From Hypanus sabinus (Eukaryota), in assembly GCF_030144855.1 (NCBI RefSeq), contig NW_026779236.1, positions 1-64,000 of the forward strand: a stretch of DNA of 64,000 nt. Direction: 5' to 3'. Positions 46,201 through 60,317 of this stretch are shown here, in pieces. A program made the translations under genes and the position numbers. The notes beneath the pieces are model-generated. The model saw only the letters and a list, made by a program, of their open reading frames with translations. It did not search any database and was not told the DNA's origin. The first letter of the stretch is position 1. Every line of letters begins with the position of its first letter.

Positions 46201-48480
46201 GATACAGGTTAAGATGAAACAGGTCTTCACGGGAGAGAGCTCAGTCGGTCGAATGCCGAATAGGAACGTATTGGGCAGGAACTGGGGAAAATTCATTAAT
46301 AACCGCCGTCGGGTATAAATCCAGACATGACTATGGATTTCATATATCGATCTCAGCAACAGCATGTCCCCCACAAACCCCACCAACCCCCACCCCGAGT
46401 AAGCAAGACAAGCACAGTTGGAGAAGGTAAATATTTCGAAGCATTGTAGATATGGACATAAGGAAGTAAATGATGATTAATGTTTAGTCATCCGAGATCG
46501 AGCCAGACACGCGGAGGTTACTAAGCAAAGCGCGCATGTTGAAACAAGGAAAATTGAGAAGTTATATGAGGCGCAAATGGGGAGCGAGGAGAATGGTGTG
46601 CCTTCCAAAGGAGAAAGCCGGTTACCTAGAGACAAGAAGTTCGGGAACTCCTTGATGATTATTTCACATCGGTGTTGACTACGGAAACGGATACACTGTA
46701 GGACAGAATCAGGATGCGAAGAATTTTATTGTGGGGTACGATGATATTGTGACCAAACTGTTGAGTCATTTTATCAAGCACAACTATGCATTGCGTCAGT
46801 ATCTCGCTGCCCCATATCCTGACACTTTTCTCCACCATCTTGGTGTCTCCACTGAACCTCCTGTCGGCCTGTCGAACTGCTCAATCCCCTGTAACTCCTC
46901 CTCTCTCCCTTCCATTCTGAGCCACCGCGTTGGACTCGTTTCCGCAGAACAGACGCTGCGGCATTCCCATGGTCGCGGCATTCCCATGCGGCAACCGCCA
47001 ACAATACGGACGGCGATAAAACTTTTATTGATGGGAATAACCACAGAGTGTTCTGGAATGTCTGTTTATTCTTTTTCCTTCTTTTGTCTATCACACAAAT
47101 ACCTGCCTCCTGCAACTCAGCGGTAACACCTCACTGTCCCTTAAAGAGCCGAATGTCACTGACCTGCTGCTCCAGATTAAGACATATAAAGGATTATCTT
47201 GTTGAACGGCTCAGATTGACCGATTGTAGGATGTGGTGGCTGTCGCTGAATCGTGGCTGAAAGTTAGTCGCATGTCGGAAATGAATGTCCAAGGCTTCAC
47301 GTTGTATCGGAAGGATAGTAAGGTTTGCAGAGAGGGTAGCTTCGTTTTGTAGCTAACGAATGGCATCAACTCACTGGAAAGATGTGAGATAGGATCGTGA
47401 GCTGTGAAATCATATTGGGATGTGTTAGGAAACTCAACAGTAACTGACATACAGACCACAGATTTTAACAGGAAAGAAATGTGTGTATGAAGGTCGATGT
47501 TATGATAGCCACGGGATTTTTCGACATGCAGCTCGATTGGTTTGGCTTCTTTGTGCAGATTGTCATTCAGCCGACTTGCGGATCAGCTGTACTGCATTGG
47601 CTGCGGTGAAATGAATCAGAAGTGATTCGAGAGCTTCAGGTAAACGAATTTTTATGAGCCACTGATTACAATACAGTTGAGTTCATTTTGAAATATGATA
47701 GGGGGAAAATTGAAGTTTGTTGCAGCAGTGGAGTAATGGAAATTACAGAGGTATGAGAAAGGCTCTGGCTAAAAGAAAATGCAGAATGTGCCGTCAGGAT
47801 TATCTGCAGGGCGGAAATGCGGTGGGCTGGTGAGCTGGTAACACAGAGGAACCTGCAGAATACATGTATTCTAAGAATGACGAAATACTCTGATGATAAA
47901 TAAATACAATCGTGGCAAACGTGAAAGTAAAAAAAAATATATGGGTAGACAGAAAATGTGTAAACTTTAAAAAAATTAGTAATTGCTATTAACAGAATCA
48001 TTAGAAGGAAAATCATTAGATGAAATATGAAAACAAGCTAGTGGACAATATCAAAGTGGATAGTATAAACGTTTTTACGGATATAAAAATCAAAGAGAAA
48101 TGAAAGTGGATATAGGACTGTTCGAAAAGGAGGGAGGCAAAATAATAATGGGGAGAAGGAGATGGCAGATGATCAAAATGAATATTTGGCACTGTGAAAG
48201 ATACCAACAGTTTGCCTGATGCCGTACTGTGTGAGGGAAGAGAAGTGGGTGTAGTTACCGTCACAAGAGAGAAGGTGCTCAAGCACTTGAATGAGCGAAG
48301 GGTGCAGATCAACTGTCGAAGGAGAACTTCGTTTCTCCAGAAGGTGGTGAATTTGGGGAATTTGTTACCAAATTCAGCTGTGGAAGCAAGGTTAGTCGGT
48401 GTATTTAAGGAAGAGATTTATAGATTGTTGTTTGTATACGTCATCAATCGTTACGGGGAGAAGGCCGGGAAATGGCCGTG
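40300..48480. mobile_element. Dense patchwork of CR1 and other LINE relics between the two GPCR units; no host gene found
   Basis: Numerous short ORFs with CR1 motifs on both strands (e.g. MMRGIDRIYSQR, VQVHRTLKAAEQ, KSFIAVRIVGG, LQKVVNLGNLLP). Confidence 0.7.
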
Positions 48481-50492
48481 AGGAAGGATAATACGGGAGC
48501 AAGCATGATTGAGCACACACAGTTGGACAATTTGCATTTTATATTCCGTTTTTGCGTAGGCTCAATGCCACGCTGATCAGTTGCAAAAACCTGTGACGAG
48601 CAGGGAACTGACTGAAACTACGTGTACAAAGGGAAAACGTATAATGCTGCTGCCAAGTCCTAATGAATGGTCTCTGCCCGAAACGTGGACCCGTCGTTCA
48701 TTACGATAGATGTCCTCTGACCTGTTGAGTTCCCCCAGCATTTTTGGTGTGATTCCGCTCTGAGGACAAAGTACAAATCACAATGATTATCAAAGAACTG
48801 TAATGTCCTGGTTCATATATTTACTGTTTTGTTTTACGTATTTTCTTTAGCAGTTCCGTAACGGCAGTCTGCTCTGCTGGTCACCTGTTTGGTTTATTGT
48901 TGAATAGAAGGATTATGTGCTATCCAATTACCATTGTAGAATGAGGTGGAGCTTTTCTTGGAGAGAGACAGTAAGGTTCATCTTGTTTATTTTTGTTCGG
49001 CGGCAGATTAGGAAGGAAGATGCTGGGAGAGCCGATCAGAGAAACATAGAAACCCTATTGCACAATACTGCTCTTTGGCCCACAAAGTTATGCAGAACAT
49101 GTCCTTACCTTAGAAATTACCTATGGTAAACGATTATTCGTCTAAGCTCCATTAACCTACCCAGGTGTTTCTTAAAAGACCCTGTTCTATCCGCCTGCAG
49201 CACTGTCGCCGGCGGCCAAATCTACGCACTCACCACTCTTTGCGTAAAAGGCTTATCCCTGACATCTCTGTACCGATTTCAAAGCAGCTTAAAACTGTGC
49301 CCTCCCGTGCTATCCATTTCAGACCTACAGAAAAAAAGCCTCTGAATATCCACACGATCAATGCCTCTCAACATGTTATGCACTGTCGAAGGATACAATC
49401 CGTTTGATCGAGATGGATTGGGAGCGACGTTCGGAAGGTGGTGCGTGCTTTCCCGTTGACCGCGGACACAGCCCGCCAGTGACACGGAAGTGCAATTTGA
49501 TCTCCATCTGGTGCACATTTGACTGTTAAATTTAAATCGCCCTTCTGCTTTTTGCTTTTATTTTCTAACCCTTGTATGTTAAGATTCAAAATGTAATTTA
49601 ATCCTATACTTTGTGCCGTCTGTTAATTCGTGGCACTAATTTATTACAGTGTAGTAAATTACACAGCATCCACATAAGCCGGTTGTCGGGGCGGGAGAGC
49701 CGTTTCAATCTCATGAGTGTGGTGGGACGTGTGAGTGGTTTCCATAGACTTAAATAGCCTTGGAGACCGGGGGTTCCAGTACATATACGTCTCCGTATAC
49801 CATGAGATACATTTTATTTCAGAGAAAGTCAAGTCACCCCGTCGGCCACCAACCATCGTTCTGTTGTCAAATCCCATTCCAATATTTGGTGGGAAATAAC
49901 TGATCCCCTCGAGCATGCCTGAATAGACTTTCCTACCCTGTGCTGCTGCCACACCCACGGCTCATCAGATACTTCCATGAACAAGCAGGTGTGCGGGTGT
50001 ACCAAATAAAGCGGTTGTTGAGGGTATGCCATCAATGGCGATTTCACATATTCACACCGGCTCAAACAAGCCCAGAGGAAATTGGAATTCATATGCAAGC
50101 GGCCGGTTGGCGATCGATGCAATTTCAAACGAAATCTGAACGTTTTGACTATGAAGAATACAGAGAGAATAGAAGTATAAGTTACAGATCGTAGAGAACA
50201 ATTTGGCCATTCCACCGAGTCTAATCCGCCGTTCCATCACAACTGATTTAATTCGCCTTCTTAACCCCGTTTGCTTGCCTCCTGTCTATGTCTTTCGAAA
50301 CCCTTCGTAATTGACATCATTGCAGCCTCCGCTTTAAACAAAAGGACATCCAGGCAGACTTCAATCTACTTCATCACGTGATTGTATTCTATGTAAAGTT
50401 ATGTTTTACAATCGTGGTTCATTTTCTGTGGTCTTAATATATTTAAGAAAATTGTTATGCTCGCTGTTTGGCCTGCAAATGTGAGAGGGAGT

Positions 50493-50500
50493 GAGGGTCG

Positions 50501-50543
<43 letters not shown>
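50493..50543. repeat. (GA)n microsatellite
   Basis: About 25 GA units. Confidence 0.97.
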
Positions 50544-50546
<3 letters not shown>

Positions 50547-53038
50547 CATCCTTTCACTGTTTCCCTTTGCCTGAAAGATCAAAAGATTGCCAAATAATCG
50601 GAGAAGAGGACGGAAAAGTGACAGGGCTTAGTCAATGATTAGCCGGTGGTAATGGAAGGGAAGGCGGTTTAAATATCGGGGAGTTTTAACAGACAATTCC
50701 TTTGTCCCTCTCAGGAACTGAAGAAGTGCGGGTTGTTTCTTGTCTGCGGCGCAGCTGGACATGGCTGATGTCTTATTGTTTTTGAACTTTTGTTTTTCTT
50801 TCAACCAGAAACTTGATTGAGGATCCGAGATTCTTAATTCAGGTTCAGGAGCGGTTTCGAGATGAATGAGAGTGGAAAATCTGAACGAGACTGAGGGACT
50901 TCACTCACACCAACACGGTTAACACCAGAACCAGCCACCTCCACCTGTCAACTGTTCGGAGCTTTCAGACTACTCGAGAGGTATTTAGTAATTTGGAGAT
51001 AGATATCAATATTTTACCTGCACTGTTAATATTGTAATGCTGATTTGTAGTGACTATGATGATAGTTGTTGTAAACAGTATCGTGACAATATTTACCTTA
51101 TTGATGTTCCATCTCCTTTCTCTTTCCTCTTTTAATTCAGCATGTTGCGGCATGTTTTAAGCATTGAATAATGTAAGTAAGATGTGTTAGGAATGACTGT
51201 ATCTATTAAATAAGTTGTTGCTTCTCTATCTTGTATTATTATATCGGAACGGTCATGTAATTACTGATCGTACCGTATAAATAGACGGAATCCGACTTTG
51301 TTTATACAGTAAGTTGTTGTGTCCTTTCTGCTTCTGGTAGCTGGTGAAAAACTCATGTCCGAACACAGCCAATCAAGCTTATTTCTCATTTGCTCTGAAC
51401 TTTCAGACTATTCTTGTGCTGCTTAATATTGTAGCCTTCTGGAGATGTCCATAAAGATGGCTGATTAGGTATTTTTCTGATTGGACGGCTGTGATCAGTG
51501 GAGATCCGCAGCAATCGGTGTCTGGGACCGCTTCTTATCGCGTTGTTCGTCAATGATTTGAATGACGAATATGTTTGCTTTATGGGAGGGCTTGTGGATC
51601 ATGCGGAGGCAGAGGGAAGCGCAGGTGGAACGGAGCAACCAGGGTGTTTGCACAAGGAGTGAGACGGACTGCAGGAATAAGCAAAGTATTTGCAGAAGGA
51701 AATTAATGTCGGGAATTCCGTAATCTCACACTTTGGCAGAGGGAATAAAGGCGTGGACTGTCCCGTATATTGGAAGCCCGACTGAAATTAAAAATCCGAG
51801 AAGAATAGAATTGAAAAATCACAGCTGAAGAGCAATTGGAAAGATTCCCAGCAGAAACATCTGCAGTTTGGGTTCGTGCTGAGGAAGCCAAATGCACGTT
51901 CCCATTTATATTCAGAGAACTGCGTATAGAAAACCAACTCCTTAGCTACGTTTTAAACTGTACACTCTTCCTCGCTTCGTTGCAAGCCCGTGGCACTGGT
52001 AGCAAACTTAACATCACAACCCTGGAGATTCTGTCCTTTAACTGAGCTCCTACATTCCCGAACCGCCTGTGAAGGTCATCGTCATTCATCGTACTTTTGT
52101 CATTGGTCCTACGTAGACCATAATTTCTCGTTGTTCATCCTCCCAGTTAAGAATGCTGAGGTCTGGATACTACAAACATAGCCTGCCTTCCCCCGACCAC
52201 CTCAGCACCCGCCGCCGACTTCTCTTCTGAGTTACAGAGGTCAACTCAGTGCCTGAGACGCGGTCACTGTGACTGAACAGAGTTAGGTCATTCCGCCGCC
52301 CCCAAACCCCACAACACTATCCAAAATGTTGAAGGAGATGGCCACAGGGAAATTCTACCCGCCCCCTTTCAGCCGTTTGTCCTTCCTGAATGTCACACAG
52401 ACTCCTGTGCCCTGACAGCCCTGGGTGTATCTCCATCTATGTATATCCTGTCCTTCACAACTTCAGCCTCACGAGTGATCTGGAGCTCGTCCATTTCCAG
52501 TTCCACCACATTAACTCGGATTGTTAGAAGCTGCAGCGAAACGCAGCTCTCACAGATGATATCGTCAGTGTGACTGGAGTTCTTTATGCCTTCCCAGATC
52601 TCGCAATAAGAGCATTCAACTATCCTGCCTGGTATCTCTGCTATCCTATCTGTACCCATATAAGGAAGTGATTGAAAACAATCTTAACCAAGTGTTTTCC
52701 TCTTCTTTGCCTCCTTTGACTGAAGACTCCTTGAGATGACGCATCGGCGAGCAAAAGCATGAAGACCACATGATTGACGGTCCATTCAGACGACGGATAT
52801 TGCGTTTGCCCCTGCCTTCCTCTTGCTGATCAACCGCAAACGTCGCCTGTTCGCTGTCCAAAGATCTTTGTTCACTGTAAGGACACGGTGTAGCCTTCAA
52901 TACCTGGGCTGATTGAAGGCCTCTCCTCCCAAATCACCCGACGTCCCTATTGGCCGCTAGGCAACGCTCTTTTCCTCAAAATTATTATTGCGAAATTATC
53001 TAGCACGTTTTTATTTTCAATCTACCTATGCAAATATA

Positions 53039-53231
53039 GGCCGGTTGGTGGCGCAGTGATATCAACGCCGGACACGGGATGGTAGGGGCCGTGTTCGAAT
53101 ACGGTCAATCCGTTCACGGGCAGGATTTCTACACCTGCTGGATTGAGGGTCGAGCTTGCAACCTGGTCTCGTCAAAAAACAAAAAAATACGAGAAATAGT
53201 GCTCTGCGAGAAGGACGTGGCGGACCACTCA
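53039..53231 (+). mobile_element. tRNA-derived SINE with 8-bp target-site duplication
   Basis: A-box TGGCGCAGTG and B-box GTTCGAATAC. Flanked by CAAATATA at 53031-53038 and 53232-53239. Absent from the copy-1 paralogue at about 32010. Confidence 0.75.
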
Positions 53232-53741
53232 CAAATATAAATGGAACTATAATTTAATGTCGATGCAATAATTACTTTAATCTGCTATTATCATTATTAT
53301 TGTTTTATTTTATTCATTATTTGCTGCCTGTACCTTCCTTCTCAGACTAGTTGTATGCCAGTGTCTGACTTGTGAAAATATGTAAGTTTCGTAATTTTGT
53401 GTCCACTTCCAGACACGACATGCATCGGTGGACAGCCTACTGCTGGGATCATTAGATAAATTTTCCAAACTGCATTTGTATTGCTTCTCTGAGGGTCTGC
53501 AAATAAATAGTTAACTACACGAGTAATTCCGCAGAACTTAAAATTAAGTGAGTGTCCGTGGGGATTGTTGACGTCACCGCGGAGGTGTGGCTGCTGGTGA
53601 ATTGTTCTATTAATATGTCTCCCTCTCAACGACAGTCTCTGTCAGAGCCGCCAATCTACGCTATCAGACATCAGAGGGATTCAGAGAGAGAGAGTGTGGA
53701 CAGAGGCTGGATCGGGAGCAGAAATCTGGATTATTCCAGCA

Positions 53742-56700
53742 ATGGATCTACAAAATGCACCGCGGAACACTGCGGCATCTGTAAATAATATTTTCCGGGC
53801 GTATCCATATCTGGGTAAAACAAATAATGGAATTCGTTTGTACTTTCGAATCTATCAGGCGCTTCAGGACGTCAACATGGTTTACTATCCTGCACTCGCA
53901 ATTGTAGCTGTCCCGAGTAAGTGTCTCGACCATTCCTCGTGATTAACGTTGAAAAAATGAGTCAGCTTTTCTTTCCTACCTGTCTTCTAACGACGTGCTA
54001 ATTGCATGGCAAGTCTATCAAACCGGTACCGCTTCAGCAACACCGGCTGAGTAAATTACGGATGTTCGCTCTCCAGCTTTGGGGTTGCCAGCGTCGCGGT
54101 TACTTCTCTGTCAGTCCAACGTTATCTGTGTCTCTTTTCCTCTCAAACACTGCCACCTAGTGACCTCTCATGCACATTCACTCCCAGAGAAGCAAGTTCG
54201 AGCTCCCAGAACCTCCCCGCACAGTGCATACCCTCGAATATAGGCAGTATTACGGGAAATTACATCTGCACCTTTTGTGATGAATACTCATGCTTCCGGT
54301 GCTTTATGTTCCACAGTCCATTTGGGACATGGTGGGATAATTTAACTTTCTCGCAGTTTGTTTGGATGGGACGGCATCGAGGGAAGGAAAGAAGGAATGA
54401 ATGAAGGAATAAATAGATAGATAGATAGACAGATAATAAATAATATGTACTTGAAAGCATCACCTGATAAAGACAATGTGGTCACGTGGTCATCACTACT
54501 GCCATCATCTACCGCCTACACAAGCAGTGCAGTGGAATCTGAGAGCCTGCAGACGGGATACCGACTGTTTAAGCGAACGTTCCAGAGTCCAGGCGGAATG
54601 AGCGCAATGTTGCTAAAAGCGAAGTCACCTACCGGGGAGGGACAAATGGAAAGACAGAATACAATTAAGTGGTAAACAATTGCAGTATGCTGCCGTGTGG
54701 AGATACTTCAGAGTGTTTGTTCTTTAATTACAAAAGTTTGGTATGAAGCAGCAGCAGGCTAACAAGAAGGCAATTGTGATATTGGCCTTCATTGCTACAG
54801 GGGTGAATTTAAGAGCAGGGAGGTTATGCTGCACCTGCACAAGTTAGTGGTGAGGTGGCAGTTGCGGTATTGCGTGCAGGTCTGGTTTTCTGACTTTAGG
54901 AGGGATTTACTGGCGTTGTAGTGTTCACCAATTTGATTCCAGACACGAGGTGGCGAGTCTATCAGGAGTGATTCAACTGCCTTGGACTGCGCACACTGGA
55001 ATTCAGATGGATCAGAGACGATCTTTTGGCGACATATAAAATTATGAGGGGGATAGATAAAACAGGGGCAGGCAAATTGTTTCCATTGGCAGGCAAGTGT
55101 AAAACTATGGGATATTGACGGAAGCTTGTGGGCAGCGAACGTAGGACGGAGATGAGGAGGAACTGCTTTTGAAAGAGGTCAAGTCAAGTCACTTTCATTG
55201 TAATTTCGACCATAATGTTAATACGGTACGTAGTAAAAAAAATGAGACATTTTTACATTTGGACCGTGGTATACAGAACTGCGTAAAATGCACAAAACAG
55301 TGAAGGCATAACAATAAATAATAAATAGGGCAATAGGGGAGTAAGGTGTAAACACAGGCTCTGGGTGTTGAGGAGTCTAATAGCTTAGGGTAAGAAATTT
55401 TTACATAGTTTGAGGAAAGCGAATGCTTTGGTGCCTTTTTTTCCCAGACGACAGGAGGGAGAAGAGATTATAACGAGGGGTGCATGGGGTCCTTCATAAT
55501 GCTGTTTCCTTTGCGGATGCAGCGTGTCGTGTAAATGTCCGTGATGGCGGGAAGATAGACCCTGATGATCTTCTCAGCTGACCTCACTATCCGCTGCACG
55601 GGTTTGTGATCTGAGATGATGCAATTGTTGAACCCGATGAATTCTCTGCCCAATCAAGCACTGGAGGCTACCTCAGTAAATATATTTCTGAGATGTGTGG
55701 ATAGATTTTTGCGTCGTAGGGTATTAATAGTTTTATTGGGGGGGGGAGCAGATAGATGGAAAGGACTCCATGGTCAGATCAGCAATGATCATCTTCAATG
55801 GCGGCGCATGCCAGTCAGAACAGATGGAATATTCCGAATACTATTTATTCAGTACTTTTGCTCTAATGTTCTCTCGTGTTTACAGTTTAAGGAAGTTGAA
55901 TTTCTGTCACTGTGATAGTCGGTACATTAAACAGTTCATTTTCACGTGCTGTTTTCAATTCTTTCTCCTGACGCCAAAGTTCAGATCACATTCCAGACAT
56001 CGATTGTTAACATTCTTTCGCCCATAGGGCTCGGGAGCAGAATTCGCCCGTTCAAACACCGAGCATTCTCCGCCATTCCCTGATAGCTGATTGATCATCC
56101 CTCTCACCCATATTCTAGCGCCCACTCCCCGTATCCATAGACGCCCCGAAGAATCAAGAGCTATTCATGCAAATAACTCCAAACAGCTAATTCTCACAGC
56201 CGTCTGTGCCGAAGAATTCCACACATTAATCAGCCTCGGTCTAAATAAATTTCTACTCACATCTGTTCTAAAGTGATTTTTTTCTTTTGCAAAACCTCAA
56301 CTTCAGTTGCAGACTCCCCCAATTCAGAAGCTACCCAATCCACATCGACGATATCTAGGCGTAGCGATATACAATGATTTTCAATAAGATCCCCCGCATT
56401 TTCCTGAGCCTCAGCAGGTACATTATAATCACAACCGATTTAATAATGGCTCCCGATAATCTCCTAAGTGGATACATTCAAGCCATGGCATTTCTACTCT
56501 CGAAAGTGCTATCGATTAAAATAATTGCTTTAAAGAATGTTTCCACCCAAATGCATGTTAATGGTCTTTATCTCACTCCGTACAGTGAACGTGGTGACAT
56601 TAGTCATCCTGTCGCGGGGAAAGTGCGGTCTCTCCAAAGGCGTCACAAGTTACCTGGTTGCCATGGTAGCAGCGGATCAGCTCGTGGTTCTCTTCGATCT

Positions 56701-57510
56701 GGTATTGAGCAAGATTATGATGATGTTCATGACAATTGATGTTATAGTCTGGTTAGCACGTGTTCCCGCGTGTAACATCCACGCCGTCGTGCTCTACGCC
56801 GCCACGGACTGTTCTGTCTGGTTCACCGTCACTTTCACCTTTGATCGATTTGTCGCCATTTGTTTCCAGAAGCTGAAACGAAAATACTGCACCGGGAGAG
56901 CGGCGGCTCTGGTTCTGTGGACAGTGACTGTGCTGAGCTGCGTAAAGAACATTTTCTGGTACTTTATGCTCGATGGGAAATATTAGGTATTTATTCTGTC
57001 CTTGCTCTGTGTGAGAATTCGCCACTTCTTTTCCGCACTTCAGTTGGTGACATTTCTAATGATTAATTTCTTCCTTACTCAAATATTAACCTTTATTCTG
57101 ATTCTCCTGCTCAACAGTTTAACCATCAGCCACATCTTACTGGACAGCCCAGCCCGATGGAGACTTCGTGGTTCGCGCGATGGCGAGACGCCCGCCGACC
57201 CGGAGATGAAGAACCGCGGGCAATCTCTCCTGTTACTGCTCGTGATGTCTGGGAATTTTATCCTTCTGTGGCACTGCTGACGGTGTATTCCGTATGGGAT
57301 ATCCTGCATATTTACTTTAAATCTAATCCCCCGAAAATTCTGCTAGAACTGGGCTACATGTTTCAACTCCTGAGCTGCTACACCAACACGGCCCTTTACG
57401 CCGTGGCCCAAGCCAGGTTCAGGGTGCAGTTCAAGGAGATGGTGAAATCTCCCTTCCGTCTAATGACAAAGTTCTCTCGTCGTTGTCAGGAGAGCAGCAA
57501 TGCTCAGTGA
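53742..57510 (+). pseudogene. Second GPR139-like GPCR copy, pseudogene
   Basis: Exon 1 53742-53916 (MDLQNAPRN...VYYPALAIVAVP, A|gtaagt). Exon 2 56586-57510. Premature TAG at 56984-56986 (TCG in copy 1) and a 1-nt deletion near 57272. Confidence 0.9.
54150..54163 (-). promoter_or_regulatory. CTCF-like motif in the intron of GPCR copy 2
   Basis: Minus strand TCACTAGGTGGCAG matches at 13/14. Confidence 0.45.
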
Positions 57511-58189
57511 AGACCCACAATCTTCAATTTCTTCAGTAACATTTTCAGTTTCATTGGGGCTGTGGACGTTCCTGAATAGCTGCCGCCCTCAGTCCCTCCA
57601 TGCACCAACAGATTCAGGGAGAGTCCCAGTCTCCCTCCATTCTGCTCATTTCAGTTTACTTGCTTCACGGGTTCCCGGTAATATCTCCCTCAGTTCCACC
57701 AAGTGGGTGACTGTACCCTTGATTGCATGCGAAGCCTTGACATCACCATCGCAACACGATCGTGGTGCCCTGCCGGTATTCCGGGCGGCACAAATGCCTG
57801 CTCAGGTTCGCCCAGTTTAGCTCCATCTCCTTCCTCTGGTGAGGTCAATTGGTTCCAAGAGCCTCGGCCTCTGAGCCGTTCAGGAAGTTCCGTGACTTCG
57901 AACAGACTGAAAGTCACCGCTCGCAGCGGATTTCTTTGGAGATCTGTCTGCCAACTGGAGAATAAGTTAACAACTCGCACTCGTAAAACGAATTATCTAA
58001 ACCTGCGGCCCTGGTGGCAATCCCCATCGCAAAGCCTCTGGAAATTAAAGAATTTCTTGGACACCCTGCACCTGGCCCTAATCCCCCTGGACACAAGAGA
58101 ACAGGTACCTTCGAAAGCTGTTCATAGACTTCAGTTCAGAATTCAACACAATCATCCCTCAGAAACTGATTGGAAAGCTGATCCTAGGG

Positions 58190-59420
58190 CCTGAACACCT
58201 CCCTCTGCAACTGGATTACTGACTTCCAGACTGGCAGAGCTCAGACCGTCAGGATCAGGAGCAGCATCTCCAACACTATCACACTGAGCACGGGAGGCCC
58301 CCAGGGCAGTGTGCTCCTTCCACTGCTGTTCAGTCTGCTGAACCATAACTGTGAACACAGACAGTCCGGATCAGGAGCAGCATCTCCAACACTATCACAC
58401 TGAGCACGGGAGGCCCCCAGGGCAGTGTGCTCCTTCCACTGCTGTTCAGTCTGCTGAACCATAACTGTGAACACAGACAGTCCGGATCAGGAGCAGCATC
58501 TCCAACACTATCACACTGAGCACGGGAGGCCCCCAGGGCAGTGTGTTCAATCCACTGCTGTTCAGTCTGCTGAACCATAACTGTGCTGCAACACACAGCT
58601 CCCACATGATCACGTTCGCCGATAACACGACCGCGGTGGGTCTCCTCAGCAAGAGGGACGAGTCAGCTTACAGAGAGGAGGTGCAGTGGCAAACCGGCAG
58701 CTGCACAGGCAACAACCTGTCTCTGAATGTGAACAAAATAAAATAGATTGTTGTTGACGTCAGGAGGGCACTGAACGACCACTCCCCGCTGAATATCGAC
58801 GGCTCCACTATAGAGATCGTTAAGAGTACCAGACTTCTTCGTGTTCACCTGGGAAGAATCTCAGCTGGTCCCTCAACACCAGCTCCATAACACAGAAAGC
58901 CCAGATGAGTCTCTTCTTTCAGGGAAAGCTCAGGAAAGTCCATCTCCCACACCCCATCCTCATCACATTCTACAGGGGATGTAATGAGAGCATCCTGAGT
59001 AGATGCATCACTGCCTGGTTCGTGATTTGCACCATCCCGGATCGTAAGACGCTGCATCGTATAGTGAGGTCAGCTGAGTGGATCATCGGGGTCTCTCTTC
59101 CTGCCATCACGGATATTTACACTACAAGCTGCATCCGCAAAGCGAACAGCGTTTTGAAGGACCCCACGCACCCTTGACACAAACTCTTCTCCTCTTTTCA
59201 TCTAGGAAAAGGCACCGAAGGATTCGGGCTCTCACGACCAGACTATGTAACAGTTTCTTCCCCCAAGTCATCAGACTCTTCAATCCCCAGAGTCTGGACT
59301 GACACCAAATTACTGCCCTCTCCGATGCCTATTGCGTTGCTTGGTATTCATTGTAATGTCTGCACTGGTTTGTGAACTTTATGCAGTCCTGGGTAGGTCG
59401 GCAGTCTAGTGTATTTTTTA
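58190..59420 (+). mobile_element. 5'-truncated Rex/Babar-type LINE containing an internal 116-bp triplication (58252-58583)
   Basis: [51 protein letters not shown] and TLHRIVRSAE. Confidence 0.85.
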
Positions 59421-60317
59421 TGTCGTTTTTACGTAGTTCAGTGCAGTTTTTGTCCTGTTTCATGTCGCATCATTGTCCTGAAAAACATTGTGTCGTTTTT
59501 ACTGTGCACTGTACAAGCAGTAATGGTCGAGACGACGATAATAAGTGACTTGACTTGAGTTGTCGTCGTAGTTCTGTCTGTAGAATTCCGCTGAGCATAT
59601 TGGGTATGTGTGGATGGTGATTGCGGAGAAAAGGGCATATGATGTCTATTTATTTATTTATTGTTTGCCTCGTAGCTTGGTCTTTCTCTTCTCCCGTTGC
59701 TTATCCTCCGTTCTACCCATTTCCCTCCAGTGCCGATAATCCGTGACCACCTGGGTGTCCTTGGTGTACTCCTGAATCCTCCCACAGACCAAACACCTGT
59801 GTGTTGATTGTTTAATCGGTCATTGTAAATTGTCGTATTGGCAGGTTCGCACAGACCGTGAAGGATTGCGCCAGTCAAGGAACGACTGTTGGGATGAGAC
59901 TGGAAGTAAGAGTTTTGAGAACGACCCGTTCAGTTAGGCTGAGATATGAGACCGTGATGCATTGGATAGCATAGCTTCAAATAAAATACAGAGGACAGTG
60001 GCGGAGGGCAGCCATGCTGCATGTGACAATTGTTGGAAATGTTTCGGCGTTTGACTTGGATGAAAATCGGAGTGACTCGTAAATACTCTTGGAGACGTCA
60101 CAAACGTGATGGAGTTGTCAATGTTGAGGGAGATTGGTAAAAGTCCAGTTAGAAATGTGGCCGGAGAAATGACAACTTTGTTATAGCAATACTACAGTTC
60201 GGTCTCAAGCGAGAGGGAAATGCGAGAATAGGAAATACTTTTTTAGGAATATAGAGAAAACTGTGAGAACAGAAGACGGTTTCTGCTGAGGTATTAGAAG
60301 TTTGCTCAGCTTGCTCT

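Noticed and set aside
56981-56992. AG|GTATTT donor-like site that might bypass the GPCR copy-2 stop
   Set aside because: The TAG lies before the GT and would be retained, and a separate frameshift near 57272 also disrupts the gene.
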